Assembly: GCF_001194135.2 (NCBI RefSeq)
Contig: NC_068996.1
Location: 20,482,416 to 20,530,725 of the forward strand
DNA length: 48,310 nucleotides
Reading direction: 5' to 3'
DNA from: Octopus bimaculoides
Taxonomy: Eukaryota
This document shows, in pieces, positions 22,530 to 35,232 of the stretch. The position numbers and the translations under genes were made by a program. The notes beneath the pieces were generated by a model, which saw only the letters and a list, made by a program, of their open reading frames with translations, did no database searches and was not told the origin of the DNA. How positions within the stretch are numbered: the stretch's first letter is position 1; each line of letters starts with the position of its first letter.

Positions 22530-23112
22530 TATGGTGTGTAGTAAGTAGCTTGCTTACCAACCACATGGTTCTGGGTTCAGTCCCACTGCATGACACCTAG
22601 GGTAAGTGTCTTCTACTGTAGTCTCGGACCAACCAAAGCCTTCTGAGTTGATTTGGTAGATGGAAACTGAAAGAAACCTGTTGTGTGTGTGTGTGCTATT
22701 TCTTTACTACCCACAAGGGGCTACACACAGAGGGGACAAACAAGGACAGACAAACGGATTAAGTCGATTATATTGACTCCAGTATGTAACTGGTACTTAT
22801 TCTATCGACCCTGAAAGGCAAAGTCGACTACGGCGGAATTTGAACTCAGAACGTAGCGGCAGACGAAATACCGCTTTGCATTTCGCCCGGCATGCTAACG
22901 TTTCTGCCAGCTCACCGCTGTATATATATGTGTTTGTATACCTGTGTTTATCCCCCCACCATCGCTTGACAACCGATGTTGGTGTATTTATGTCCCTGTA
23001 ACTTAGCAGTTCGACAAAAGTGAACGATAGAATAAGTCCTGGGGTCGATTTGTTCAACTAAAGGTGATGCTCCAACATGGTCGCAGTCAAATGGCTGAAA
23101 CAAATAAAAGAA
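22530..23112 (+). mobile_element. SINE family A copy, interrupted by a family C SINE
   Basis: Head ...GTAAGTAGCTTGCTTACCAACCACATGGTTCTGGGTTCAGTCCC, a CORE-like block, and the 3' part ending GGCTGAAACAAATAAAAG. Confidence 0.85.
22697..22920 (-). mobile_element. tRNA-derived SINE family C, nested in family A
   Basis: The - strand reads GAGCTGGCAGAAACGTTAG...GAGTTCAAATTCCGCC...GCCTTTCA...GGGTCGATA; the same family as 44329-44552 and 46039-46272. Confidence 0.9.
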
Positions 23113-23142
23113 TATATATATATAAGTCAGTAAATAGCGGGG

Positions 23143-23186
<44 letters not shown>

Positions 23187-23465
23187 CTTTCTTGGACATG
23201 CTTAGGCTCTTCATCAACATCTCTCCTTCATGTACCATTCTCCCTACCGAAGTATAATATGGGTAGCACTGCACCTCTTCCTGCTCAACCCACCCCTCTG
23301 TCCCTTTTTACTCTCTGAGTTGATAATTCTGTAAACGGAAAAAAAATTTGACATTGAGCTTCTAAGTCTGTGTGTGAGTTATTATTATTGTTTGAGATCC
23401 CACATAGCATGCTTGCTGAACAGTCATTATATGAAACTATATTTAATGCATATTCAAATACTTAG

Positions 23466-23830
23466 CACAGGTATGGCTGTGTGGTAAGAAGTTTTCATCC
23501 CAGCCATATAATTTAGGGTGACACCTTGGGGAAGTGTCTTCTACTATAACATTGGATCAACCAAAGCCTTATGAATGGATTTGTTTTACAGAAACTGAAA
23601 GAAACCCATTATGTGTGTGTTTGTTCCCCCCACCACCACCACCACCACCACCACTTGACAGCTGGTGTTGGTTTATTTATGTCTGGTATTTATTCTGTCA
23701 GTAAAAGAGACTGATAGAAAAGGTGCTAGGCCTTAAGAAATAGTCCTGGGGTTGATTCATTCGACTAAAAATTTTGCAAGGTGGTACCCCAGCATGACCG
23801 TAGTCTTATGACTGAAACGGATGAAAAAGG
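23466..23830 (+). mobile_element. SINE family A, older diverged copy with internal (CCA)n
   Basis: Same module order as 22530-23112. Confidence 0.8.
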
Positions 23831-24659
23831 AAAGATACTTAAATTGTGCTGTAGAATAATATTGAAGTTATACCACAATATTTTCGACAAGCAACAACAG
23901 AATTACAGGTTTTAGATTAGTTAATCATTCTACATACCATACAGTAGCTAATGTTGAGCTATTACTAATCAACAGTCACATGTATAGATATGACAAATGT
24001 TAACCAGATAAAATTATTTGACATGTGATACAGTACAATATGTGAAACAATTCAAATTGATACAGGAGTTTACATTTTGACATTTAAGATAAGGACCTGA
24101 ATTGCAACTTTAGCTCAATAGGAGGTATATGAAATCTAGTGTCCCTTGAATCTCTGCTTTTAAGGAAATTAACAATCCTCCAATAGTTTTAATATTTTAT
24201 TTGATGGTCCATTTTGAAAATATTTGGTACTATGTGCTTTTAAAAGAAGATCTGCAAATCTATGAACAATTATTTTATCCCTGTAAAGTACTGTGTTTAT
24301 GATAGCAGTATAAAATTTTGAATGTCAATTTAGAGATAACTAAAAATACTTAAGAATAAGCAAACAAAAAAAATCAAAGTTCATATATTAAATGCAGGAA
24401 TTACAAAGACCACGTCTTAAACCATCAAAAACTCCAAACAGTTGAAATTTGAAGAAGACAAAGATGTAATGCATTAAATGAAAATGAATTTCATTTGAAA
24501 TTGGAAAAGAAACCGAAATGCTTTCTCTCACCTCATTACTTTATGCTTAGGAAACACAGCATACAAAGCAATGGCTATCTGGGTCAGATAGTATATCATT
24601 TTTCAAGTTCAAGAGAAAGTAATTCTGTTTTGAGTTTAGAATAAAGTTCTACTAGGACC

Positions 24660-25480
24660 TTGTATCATTTACCACCACAATTGAAAGAGGTTGTGATGCA
24701 GTTTGTTTGTAAGCTGTATTCCAATGAGTTTTGCACTGATGATGTCAGTTTTGATCTCATACAAGACTACATGTTCTGTTACAAGAGCAGGGATGTGTGG
24801 AGATGAGTGATGCCTTGTGCTAGCATATAAAAAAAGTGATTTTCATGCAAACATGAGGATTAACACCTTGCAAACCAATGATGATCTATGCAAGGTTCTT
24901 GCAATCATGGATGGATTGAGAAAAAGAAAAAGCTCGTCCCAGTTTAGCAGAGGATGTCTTCAATCTTGACATAAGACACCCTTCTACAAAGACATATTTG
25001 TTGTTGGCACTCCGTCGCTTACGACATCAAGGGTTCCAGTTGATCCAATCAACGGAACAGCCTGCTCGTGAAATTAACGTGCAAATGGCTGAGCACTCCA
25101 GACACGTGTACCTTTAACATAGTTCTCGGGGATATTCAGTGTGACACAGTGTGACAAGGCTGACCCTTTGAATTACAGGCACAACAGAAACAGGAAGTAA
25201 GAGTGAGAGAAAGTTGTGGTGAAAGAGTACAGCAGGGTTCGCCACCATCCCCTGCCAGAGCCTCATGGAGCTTTAGGTGTTTTTGCTCAATAAGCACTCA
25301 CAACGCCTGGTCTGGGAATTGAAACCGCGAGTCCACTGCCCTAACCACTGGGCCATTGCGCCTCCACTGCAAAGACATATTAATTGTACAAGTATAAGCA
25401 AGTAATAGTGATGTGCATGTTTGCAAATGTGCCAAATAAGTGATTTATGTAGCCAAGTCAACTGATGTTAATATTTGCTT
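24660..25480 (+). pseudogene. Probable Academ-type DNA transposon protein, C-terminal remnant, split by a SINE
   Basis: FVCKLY (24702-24719), DALC*HIKK (from 24809), HGW (24906-24914), then Cys-rich CAC...DLC (25412-25450). Family assigned from recalled motif order. Confidence 0.5.
24999..25369 (-). mobile_element. SINE family B, full length, with 12-bp TSD
   Basis: TSD CAAAGACATATT at 24987-24998 and 25370-25381. A-box present; B-box region partly deleted. Confidence 0.95.
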
Positions 25481-26338
25481 GTTCATCACAAATATTCAAA
25501 CACTTTCAATAATTTATAAATCTATTTAATGCATTTGATCTTTGCCTTCTTAAAATTTTGTTGGTTTTGAATCTTTGGAGGAATTGAAGCTATTTTCTTT
25601 ACAAAACATGCACATGATATGAAAACTTTTCAATACTAACATTTTGTGATTATTTTTTCTTCCTAAACATCTTGAATTATCTTTCAAATAATCTGAGGTT
25701 AAAGATTAACATTGATCCTATATATGCTGATATATCTTAGAGATAAAATAATTATAAATTCATGAGCATAACTTCAGTTGACTGTAAATGACACTAAGCC
25801 ATCAGAACATCAACTCAAACTGGAACCATTTCTATATAGCCACTTTCTTAAGAATCTTAGGTTCAGGCTCCCTTAGGCCCTACATAACCTTTGTTAGATT
25901 GATTGCTCAAGCTAAAGTTATAAGTTTAGTTCTTTCAAGGGATACCAAAAAGTTGAGTTTGACACCAATTTGAAATGCCCAGTTACCATGGAAACCTGCA
26001 ATGGAAAGGAGTGTTCAGATTAACTTTTAACCTGTCCCAGATGGGGATAGAAGAACATAGGGTTTAGGGGATGAAATTATTTCAATTTTGTTGTTTGTTG
26101 CGAGGGGAAAAAACCTGAAATTACAACAGATAAATAATTGATAAAATGATTAATTATTGAAAATTTATAAAGCAGGTAATGCAATTTTGTATCTGTTTTC
26201 TTATTACTAGTTATTTTCAGAAACCATTGGCAAAAAGCACGATTCATTATATTCACTTTTCACTTGGGTTGAATGACAGATGTCACAATTTCTATTTTCA
26301 GCTGTCTCTATTTGAGGCTGTTTAATATTTCACTTAGT

Positions 26339-26680
26339 TGTGGTATAGTTCACTGCACTCTGTCCATGACCAACACACTTAACTGTCAACAGTCCAGTCT
26401 ACCTAGCTGTAAGTAGGTACCACAGTGTGGTATAGTTCACTGTACTCTGCCCATGACCAACACACCTAACTGTCAACAGTCCAGTCTACTTAACTGTAAG
26501 TATCACAGTGTGGTATAATTCACTGTACTCTGCCCATGACCAACACAATTGTCAACAGTCCAGTATATCAAGCTGTTAGTAGGTACCACAGTGTAGTATA
26601 GTTCATTGTACTGTGTCCTTGACCAACACATTTAACTGTCAACAGTCCAGTCTACCTAGCTGTAAGTAGATACCACAGTG
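26339..26680. repeat. Minisatellite, 4 units of 83-87 bp
   Basis: Units start at 26339, 26426, 26509 and 26592. Core TGTGGTATAGTTCACTGTACTCTG.CCATGACCAACACAC.TAACTGTCAACAGTCCAGTCTACCTAGCTGTAAGTAGGTACCACAG. Confidence 0.97.
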
Positions 26681-27059
26681 CTATTCCTTATGTGTCTTTG
26701 AATTAGATGTCAGCTGTGATTTGGCCCTCTCAGCAAGAAATGACTTTTCCTTTTAAGCAATGAGACAGTATTACCAATGTCATAAAGGTTGTGTTTTTAC
26801 TTTTCTTTAGATTAATACATTTAATCCTATTTTATGTCAAGTGAAGTCACTTTCCATAGACTAGTGTCTTATTGTCCAAGTTTCCATTAAACCAAGAGGT
26901 TCATGAAAAGATGTGTGATACTTTTTTTTTTATATATATACCATATTTTATAGTTATTGTGATGAAAATAATAGTGAGTTGGGGTGGTTTTTGTATTTGT
27001 TCTAAGCTGGTGACATTGCATTCTTATTTGTCCAGCTTTGTTAGATATTGTTAAAATGT

Positions 27060-27230
27060 TTTATGTGTGTTTGTGTGTGTATCTGTCTCCCTACCTGCTT
27101 GTTTATCTGTCTGCATATCTATCTGTCTGTCTGTCTATTATTATCCATCTATTCGCCTGTCTATCTGATTGTCAGTCTGTTTATTTATCTATATGTCTTT
27201 GTGTTTATCCATCTGTCTATCTCTATCCGT
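27060..27230. repeat. Degenerate (TCTG/TCTA)n low-complexity tract
   Basis: Seen directly. Confidence 0.8.
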
Positions 27231-27672
27231 GTGGAGGCGCAATGGCCCAGTGGTTAGGGCAGCGGACTCGCGGTTTCGATTCCCAGACCGGGCGTTGTGA
27301 ATGTTTATTGAGCGAAAACACCTAAAGATCCACGAGGCTCCGGCAGGGGATGGTGGCGAACCCTGCTGTACTCTTCCACCACAACTTTCTCTCACTCTTA
27401 CTTCCTGCTTNNNNNNNNNNNNNNNNNNNNNNNNNNNNNNNNNNNNNNNNNNNNNNNNNNNNNNNNNNNNNNNNNNNNNNNNNNNNNNNNNNNNNNNNNN
27501 NNNNNNNNNNNNNNNNNNNNNNNNNNNNNNNNNNNNNNNNNNNNNNNNNNNNNNNNNNNNNNNNNNNNNNNNNNNNNNNNNNNNNNNNNNNNNNNNNNNN
27601 NNNNNNNNNNNNNNNNNNNNNNNNNNNNNNNNNNNNNNNNNNNNNNGTAAGCGACGGAGTGCCAACAACAAC
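27231..27672 (+). mobile_element. SINE family B spanning an assembly gap
   Basis: Head GTGGAGGCGCAATGGCCCAGTGGTTAGGG...GGTTTCGATTCCC. The tail GTAAGCGACGGAGTGCCAACAACAAC lies after the gap. Confidence 0.9.
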
Positions 27673-28252
27673 ATCTCTATCCGTGGACCTGTATATTCAT
27701 TTGTTTGTATGCTTGATTGTCTGGCCCTGTGTTTCTATCTCTCAATCACTTTTTTCTTTTATTGAATTCTGACCATGCTGTGACCCTTCTTTGAAGGGAT
27801 CAGTTAAACAAATCAACCCTTAGTACTTGATTTATATTTGGAATTTTTTTTTTTTTTTTACTGCTCAATTGTGGTGGTGTGAGCTAACCAATTCTGATGC
27901 TGAAGTGGTGAGTGATAAAGAAAAGCATATATATGTGTGCGCACACACACACACACGCGCGGCCTCTGAACAGAATTTGTGTGTATGACATTGTATTATG
28001 AGGTATTTTTGGCTTTGGGGTTTATATTAGAAGACATATGTCCAAGATGCATGCAGTGGATCTAAACCTGGAATCAGAGTTTCAAAACTTTCCTAACTCC
28101 ACAGCCACACACACACACACACACACAAAGATATATGTACATAGTTATATATAGAATAAGAAATAGATAGTTCTTGGTATAGTATTATATATTTGAAAAA
28201 AAAAATTAATAGAAATGGCTTTTCTGGTAATTTTTCCACTTTAATTAGATTC

Positions 28253-28678
28253 CTTTACTTGTTTCAGTCATTTGACTGTGGCCATGCTAGAGCACCACCT
28301 TAGTTGAATAAATCAACTTCAGGACTTATTCTTTGCAAGCCTAGTACTTATCCTATCAGACTCTTTTTGCCAAACGGCTAAGTAATGGGGACATAAACAG
28401 ACCAACATTGGTTGTCACTTGATGGTGGTGGGGACAAACACAGACACAAATAACAAATACATACATGCATATACATACATGCATATACATATATATATAT
28501 ATATATATATATCCGATGGGCTTCTTTCAGTTTCTGTCTACCAAATCCACTCACAAGGCTTTGGTTGGCCTGAGGCTATAGTAGAAGACACTTGCCCAAG
28601 GTGCTATGCAGTGGCACTGAACCCGAAACCATGTGGTTGGGAAGCAAGCTTCTTACCACACAGCCACTCCTACACCTA
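28253..28678 (-). mobile_element. SINE family A, full length
   Basis: Reverse complement of the 22.5-kb family, with an internal (TA)n. Confidence 0.9.
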
Positions 28679-28805
28679 TATAGGTTTATAAGTTAGCAAA
28701 AACTTATAAACTGTTTTAAAAACTATGCCTATTATATATTTTGTATCTTAGTGATTACATGTGTGAGCAGGTTTATAGGTCTCTCTCTCTCTCTCTCTTT
28801 ATACT

Positions 28806-30196
28806 CCTCGATCTGTAGAAAAGGCGTAGGTAGAAACTCTATAAGATGCACCCAGTGCAAGCTATGGACACATAAGAGGTGCAGCAATATCAAAGGAAGG
28901 TTAACTAGGAAGTTAGTTTTCGTTTGTAGCAGATGTTCAGGAGCTATAAACATTGTGAATGTGCAGAAAACAACTTCTGTCACATTCCAGAGAGAAAAAC
29001 TAGAAGTGGTTGATAGCTTCCGCTATCTTGGTGACCAAGTTAGTAGTGGGGGTGGGTGCGCTGAAAGTGTAGCTGCTAGAATAAGAATAGCCTGGGCAAA
29101 GTTCAGAGAGCTCTTACCTCTGCTGGCGACTAAGGCAGACTGTATGATACATGTGTACAAACAGCCATGCTTCATGGCAGTGAAACATGGGCCGTGACTG
29201 CTGAGGACATGCGTAGGCTCGCAAGGAATGAAGCCAGTATGCTCCGATGGATGTGTAATGTCAGTGTGCATACTAGACAGAGCGTAAGTACCTTGAGAGA
29301 AAAGTTGAACTTACGAAGCATCANNNNNNNNNNNNNNNNNNNNNNNNNNNNNNNNNNNNNNNNNNNNNNNNNNNNNNNNNNNNNNNNNNNNNNNNNNNNN
29401 NNNNNNNNNNNNNNNNNNNNNNNNNNNNNNNNNNNNNNNNNNNNNNNNNNNNNNNNNNNNNNNNNNNNNNNNNNNNNNNNNNNNNNNNNNNNNNNNNNNN
29501 NNNNNNNNNNNNNNNNNNNNNNNNNNNNNNNNNNNNNNNNNNNNNNNNNNNNNNNNNNNNNNNNNNNNNNNNNNNNNNNNNNNNNNNNNNNNNNNNNNNN
29601 NNNNNNNNNNNNNNNNNNNNNNNNNNNNNNNNNNNNNNNNNNNNNNNNNNNNNNNNNNNNNNNNNNNNNNNNNNNNNNNNNNNNNNNNNNNNNNNNNNNN
29701 NNNNNNNNNNNNNNNNNNNNNNNNNNNNNNNNNNNNNNNNNNNNNNNNNNNNNNNNNNNNNNNNNNNNNNNNNNNNNNNNNNNNNNNNNNNNNNNNNNNN
29801 NNNNNNNNNNNNNNNNNNNNNNNNNNNNNNNNNNNNNNNNNNNNNNNNNNNNNNNNNNNNNNNNNNNNNNNNNNNNNGGCACGTGTAAAGACATTCGAGC
29901 GAGATCGTTGCTAGTGCCGCCGAACTGGCTCCTGTGCAGGTGGCACGTAAAATACACCATTTTGAGCGTGGCTGTTGCCAGTACTGCCTGACTGGCCTTC
30001 GGGCCGGTGGCACGTAAAAGCACCCACTACACTCTCGGAGTGGTTAGCGTTAGGAAGGGCATCCAGCTGAAGAAACTCTGCCAAATTAGATTGGAGCCTT
30101 GTGTAGCCATCTGGTTTCACCAGCCCTCAGTCAAATCGTCCAACCCATACTAGCATGGAAAGCGGACGTTAAACGATGATGATGATGATGATGATG
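28806..30196 (+). mobile_element. RTE-clade LINE, 5'-truncated, PHD finger within RT, 3'UTR and (GAT)n tail
   Basis: SICRKGVGRNSIRCTQCKLWTHKRC...FVCSRC, then LEVVDSFRYLGD...GGG...V.ARIRIAWAKFRELLPLL; LHGSETW...RNEASMLRWMC. After the gap, the 3'UTR ends GGACGTTAAAC(GAT)n. Confidence 0.92.
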
Positions 30197-30499
30197 TGTG
30201 TGTGCACGAATAGATTTCTATGTCTATTTGTACATACATGTGTGTATAGATTTAAATGTCTTTATGTATAAACATTTGTGAATAGGTTTCCAGGCATAAG
30301 AGCTAAACTTAGAATCAGAATCTTTTAAGGTAAACTTAACAAAATTGAAGGTTTTGTAGGAAAGAAGACAGGACTTTGGTATCTTCAGGAAAATAACTTT
30401 GCTCAATATGCAGAAAATGAATAGGTATAAACTCCATATGCTATACACAATGTAAGCTATGAACTACAGTTACAGATAGACAAATGAATAACATAAACT

Positions 30500-31800
30500 T
30501 TATACGTGAAAGATGCACTGGAGCAGTATGTTCAATGAACTCACCAAAATTAGACTCCTTTGAATACCTGGATGACTCACTAGATGTAGTTGTTACATTT
30601 TGTTACCTGAGAGATGTTATCGGCAAGGTTGGTGGCTGGTCTTTTCCCATAGTGTGGAGAGCAGTTTGTATGATGCTTGTATTAGAAATGCAATGCTGTA
30701 TGGTAATGAGATATGGGCCTTGAAAACAGAGGGTTTGAGTAGTCTGGAAATAAATGAAGTGAGCATGCTTTGTTGGATATGAAATGTGAATGTGCATAAA
30801 CAATATAGTATAAGTTGCTGAGTTAAAAACTGGCATAAGAGGAATCAGATGTAGTGCACAAGAAGACTGCTGGTATTAACAGATGCATGTGCATGAGAAC
30901 AGCTGTATAAAGAAATGTTGATCACTACTTGTGGCTGGAGCTTGTGGACAATAAGACACCAGAAGACATGGGACAAAGTGGTAAAACCTGACCTCAGGGT
31001 CCAGAGTCTCATGGAAAAGATGACAAAGGACTGGGATGTTTGGTGATATGCAGTCAAGATGACTTGCCCACTGTGATGAAACTGACATCTGGAAGCACTG
31101 TGGTTGTACATATTATATAGGTACATGGAATTGACACTTCACCCAAGCTCCCCCTTCATCCCTGCCTCTTCTACTGCAGCTATCCACCTAATACCCTCCT
31201 GATACCACACTCTCATCCTTCAATATTGATCTACTACATCCCCACAGTGGACCACTGAATTCTATCCTCATGCACTGTGCCTGGCTCGTTTTCTCTCTCT
31301 CTCTCTCTCTCCTCTTTTGTAGCCTGTCCAAGCACATCATCTCTCTCTTGTGTCCCTGCTTTTCTTGCATCTCTCTACTTCCCCAATTTAGGCACCATTG
31401 GCTGTCCCCCACCTTTCAACTCTACCCATTACCTATCTCCGCTCTCTCATCTCCCCTATCTCTTCCCCACATGCTTAAACACTCCCACCCACTCCTGCCT
31501 TCTCTGTACCCACTCACTTCTACTACTACAGATTTGTTTCTAACTTTCTCTTAAATACAAGTGGCTATGTTGTTTCCCTGCAACTTGACCTACTCTGTTC
31601 CACCCCCTTCTCTCATACCTTAACCCTCATCTGCTAGCATAAAGCCCATCCCCTCAGGTTTCATAGGCTGCATGATGACCTCACTAGTGCTGGTGGCGTG
31701 AAAAAAAAAAGCATCCAGTATACACTGTAAAATGGTTGGCATATGGAAGGGCATCTAGCTGGAGAAGACTGGTGATTAAAAGCATTCCATCCTGACTTTT
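30500..31800 (+). mobile_element. Older RTE copy (same superfamily) with pyrimidine-rich 3'UTR and tail
   Basis: RCTGA...LDVV.TFCYL.DVI..GG; LY.ACIRNAMLYGNEIW...LEINEVSMLCW; CGAC...GRP.KTWDKVV..DL; C/T-rich 31140-31660; tail CTCACTAGTGCTGG...GGAAGGGCATC. Confidence 0.8.
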
Positions 31801-31924
31801 AAAGTTATGTATAGGACATATGCTCTTTATTGAAATCAGTGTGTTTGTGCTCAGTTTATAAAGCAAGACTAATCTGTTGCCGAAACAGGGTTAAAATTTC
31901 CAATATGTCTATATTTTTATTATA

Positions 31925-32098
31925 GTGGAGAGCTGGCAGAATCTTTAGAACGCCAGGCAGAATGCTGCCGGGGTTGTCTTTGCCTTTCATCCTTTTGGGG
32001 GTCAATAAAATAATTACCAGCTGAACAATGGTGTCGATGTAATTGACTTAGCCCTTGCCCCCAAATTGCTGGCTGTGTTGCAAAATTTGAAACCAATA
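31925..32098 (+). mobile_element. SINE family C variant, degenerate
   Basis: GAGCTGGCAGAATC...GCCTTTCATCCTTTTGGGGGTCAATAAAATAATTACCAG. Confidence 0.8.
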
Positions 32099-32119
32099 TA
32101 TTTATACTTTTACTCGTTT

Positions 32120-32620
32120 GTTAAGATGGAGATATCCATCTTGACCGCTCACTATTGTTGGGAGTCATGGGAGTAAGGTCTTCCATCATGTTTTTACATA
32201 GGATCCTATCAGAAGTAACTGTCATTACACTTTTCCAGCTGGATTCCAAAGTATGACCAACCATGGGTATTATCCAACCCTCTCATTCTTGAGTCTACTG
32301 CCATTTGGCTCAGCTTGAAGAATCCATTTTGTAATTATTTCCTGTGACAATCTAATCCTCTGGTACCAAAGCTGTGTCGTCTCATTGCAGAGAAGCATTG
32401 GCTTGACCTGAAGAGACTCCCTGATAAATGTTACTTTATCACATAACATTACTCCAGTGGTCCTTCAGAGGACCCCTATTTCGTTCACTTTTGGTCATTA
32501 TCCAACATTTATGACGATAGGTAAGGAAAGGCACAAAAACTGAATTGAAAGCAAGTTTGGTATTTTTATCAACCTGAGGATTGACTGCTGAAGCTGGTGC
32601 TTTTACTGATAGCGATATAA
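32120..32620 (-). mobile_element. RTE LINE 3' remnant (Rex3/Expander-like), a different family
   Basis: The - strand reads NTKLAFNSVFVPFLTYRHKCWIMT, then FIRESLQVKPMLL..E..QL and QAEPNGSR. Confidence 0.7.
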
Positions 32621-33260
32621 TTTCAATTATAATTAACATTATTTTTGTATTGTTTGTCCTTCTTCATTCTAGAACAATTAAAAGGATTAGGCAATAGTTA
32701 TTTACATTTTAATATTTTTAAATTTATTTACTGCTTCTATCCTACTTTGTGAAGAAAAAATTGGGGGGTGGGGGAGCAGTTAATTATAGTTTGAGAAAAA
32801 TTAATGAAAATGTAATTTGAACTGAAATTGTTGTTCCTATCCTGGGAAGGATGCTGAAGATAGGGCAAAATGAAGAAGACAGGTAGCATGGGGCTTGTAC
32901 AGTTAACAACCACTGCTGGAGCAAGGAAAATGGACTTGGAATGTTTGTTGTTGATCTGTTCACTTTACAAAATCAAGTACATATGGTGGAAACAAAAAGA
33001 AAATACAATGATAAAATAGCAATAAACACCTCTTCCTGAATAGATAAATATTGTGTAATAAGTCAATATAATTTTAATATGATGCTGCTACTTCTACTAT
33101 TTCTACCACCACCACCACCAGTGCTACTACTACTCCTGCTGCTGTTGTATTTGATGAGATATACACATGTGGCTATTTCATATTGTACTCACTTTTGTAA
33201 TCTAATAGGTTCTGTCTAAATGAATATTTAGTATTGTTCATAATTGGATGTTTAGTTTGT

Positions 33261-33305
<45 letters not shown>

Positions 33306-33519
33306 TGGTTCCACTGGGAACATGTATAGACTCTGTGTGTGTATCCGCTTGTATAAAAAATCAGGACTCCACTATACACATACTTCTGCCTTCAGTGTTT
33401 TGTGCTGTGCTTATATATATATCCAGTGCATACCAAGAGTAAATACAGAGCATGTGCAGTAGACATTGATATACAATAGATAAAATTTACATGCCTGAGT
33501 GTGTGTATTTGCGTGTGTC

Positions 33520-35220
33520 TGTCTGTCTGTTTGGGGATGGGGCAGGAGTTTAGGATGATGTGCAGGTGCTGACTGGTGATACAGAATGGAGAGGAGAAGC
33601 AAAATAGTAATTATACAGTAGACAAGAGAAGAGTGAAAGAGAGGTGGGGTGACATATGGGTGAGTAGGTTGGAAAAGTTTAAGTGGAAAGACACAGTGTA
33701 TGGAGAGAGTAAGAGGTAACATCCTTCCACCATTCACTACATTCACCCTTCAAGCCCTCCCCACCTCTAGTCATCATCTACTCACCCCCTACTCACCATC
33801 TCATATTTATCATTAACTCCCCCCATTTCAACCCTTGTTCATCTTCAGTATATTTGTACTAGTTCCTGTCTCTTACCATCCCATGCTTTCTATATACACT
33901 CTTGCAACTTCTACAAATAATTTCTCCTATTCTTCTTCCTCCAGTGCCCCCATCTCGACACTTTGTCCCCACATCTTTCTCTCTCTTTTCAGCTCCACCC
34001 CAGTTACTCATACCCACTCTTGTTGAATGTAAGCAACCCCCGTATCTCCTCTACAGGAAGAAAGTCATTCTGTTCAGGACCAACTCCTCATATAACATAA
34101 TGCTGCCTCCTTCTCTACTGTAGCTCCACTCAGTCAATGGAGATCTTTCTCTTGCAAGTTACATGGTGACCTCACAAGTGCTGGTGTGCCACAACAATAA
34201 AAAAAAAGTACCAACTATTTTCTTTAAAGAGGTTGACATCCAGCCATATAAGAGGGCTTCCAGCCACATAAATTTTGCTGTATTGACATGTGCTGGATGT
34301 GTATAAGCACAGCAGAAAACACCAAGGCAGAAGTTTGTGTATGGTGGAATCCCAGTATTCTCTTACAAGCAGACTTTCAAACACTGCTCTATGACCCACC
34401 AGACCTGTCAAACCAACCATTCAACCCATGCTGACATGGGAGATAAACTAAAAGAGGAGGATAAATACACATATATGAATGTGTGAGAGGGAGTTGGATT
34501 TATGTTATGGAATGAGGGAAAAGACCAGTGAGAGATAAAGGGCCAGAAGAGAACAGATTTCATACTATAGATGAACTAAATGGTTACTCAAATTGTAGAA
34601 GATAGGGTGGGGTTGGCCAGAGTGGATCTAGGAATAGATAAAAAATAGTGGGGATGAGGTGTCTGGGTGAATCCTTAAGACAGGGTAAGTAAAAGTAGGT
34701 GAGGACAGGTATTAATAAAAAGTGTATGGGAGAGTGAGATGTGGTTAGAGAGAGGAAATGGGTGAGAGGTGAATATAATGAAGAACAAATGTTGAGGGAT
34801 GATAAGCAGTGAGATGGGTAAGAGTAGGTGATAGCTGTAGAAATGAGTGTGTGGCTAACAATATATGAGTTGGCAGAAGGTAGGAGAGATATAGAGATAT
34901 GTACTTGGATAGGCTGTATGTTGGGCAGACACAGTAAATAAGAGAAGGACAGATATATGGTTGTGGAGGAGAGTTAGTTTGGTGGCTTAGGAAACTGATC
35001 AATATATAATGCGTGGAGAGGACATATTAAGAATGAAAGATGGAGCAAGTGAAATGGTTCCAGGTAGTGAGCAGGATAAGTGTTATTGGGGAGAAAAGTT
35101 GGTGATGTATGCAGCTCTGCTCATATTTAATTACAGCAGCAGAACAGTTAGAGAGATGATGGGTGGTGGGGATGTTGTGAGGAGGAAATTGGACAGAGAG
35201 GTAGTGCAGTAGTGTACTTT
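33520..35220. repeat. Purine/pyrimidine-skewed RTE 3'UTR-like blocks in alternating orientation, with a tail at 34165-34440 (+)
   Basis: G/A-rich 33520-33720, C/T-rich 33720-34160, tail ...GTGACCTCACAAGTGCTGG...CAACCCATGCTGACATGG, then G/A-rich 34440-35210. Confidence 0.65.
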
Positions 35221-35232
35221 GTGCTTCCTGAA

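Noticed and set aside
26339-26680. CRISPR array
   Set aside because: The units are head-to-tail copies with no unique spacers, there are no cas genes, and the context is eukaryotic.
30293-30334. Micro-exon CCAG|...AAG|GTAAAC
   Set aside because: All three frames contain stops and no partner exons were found.
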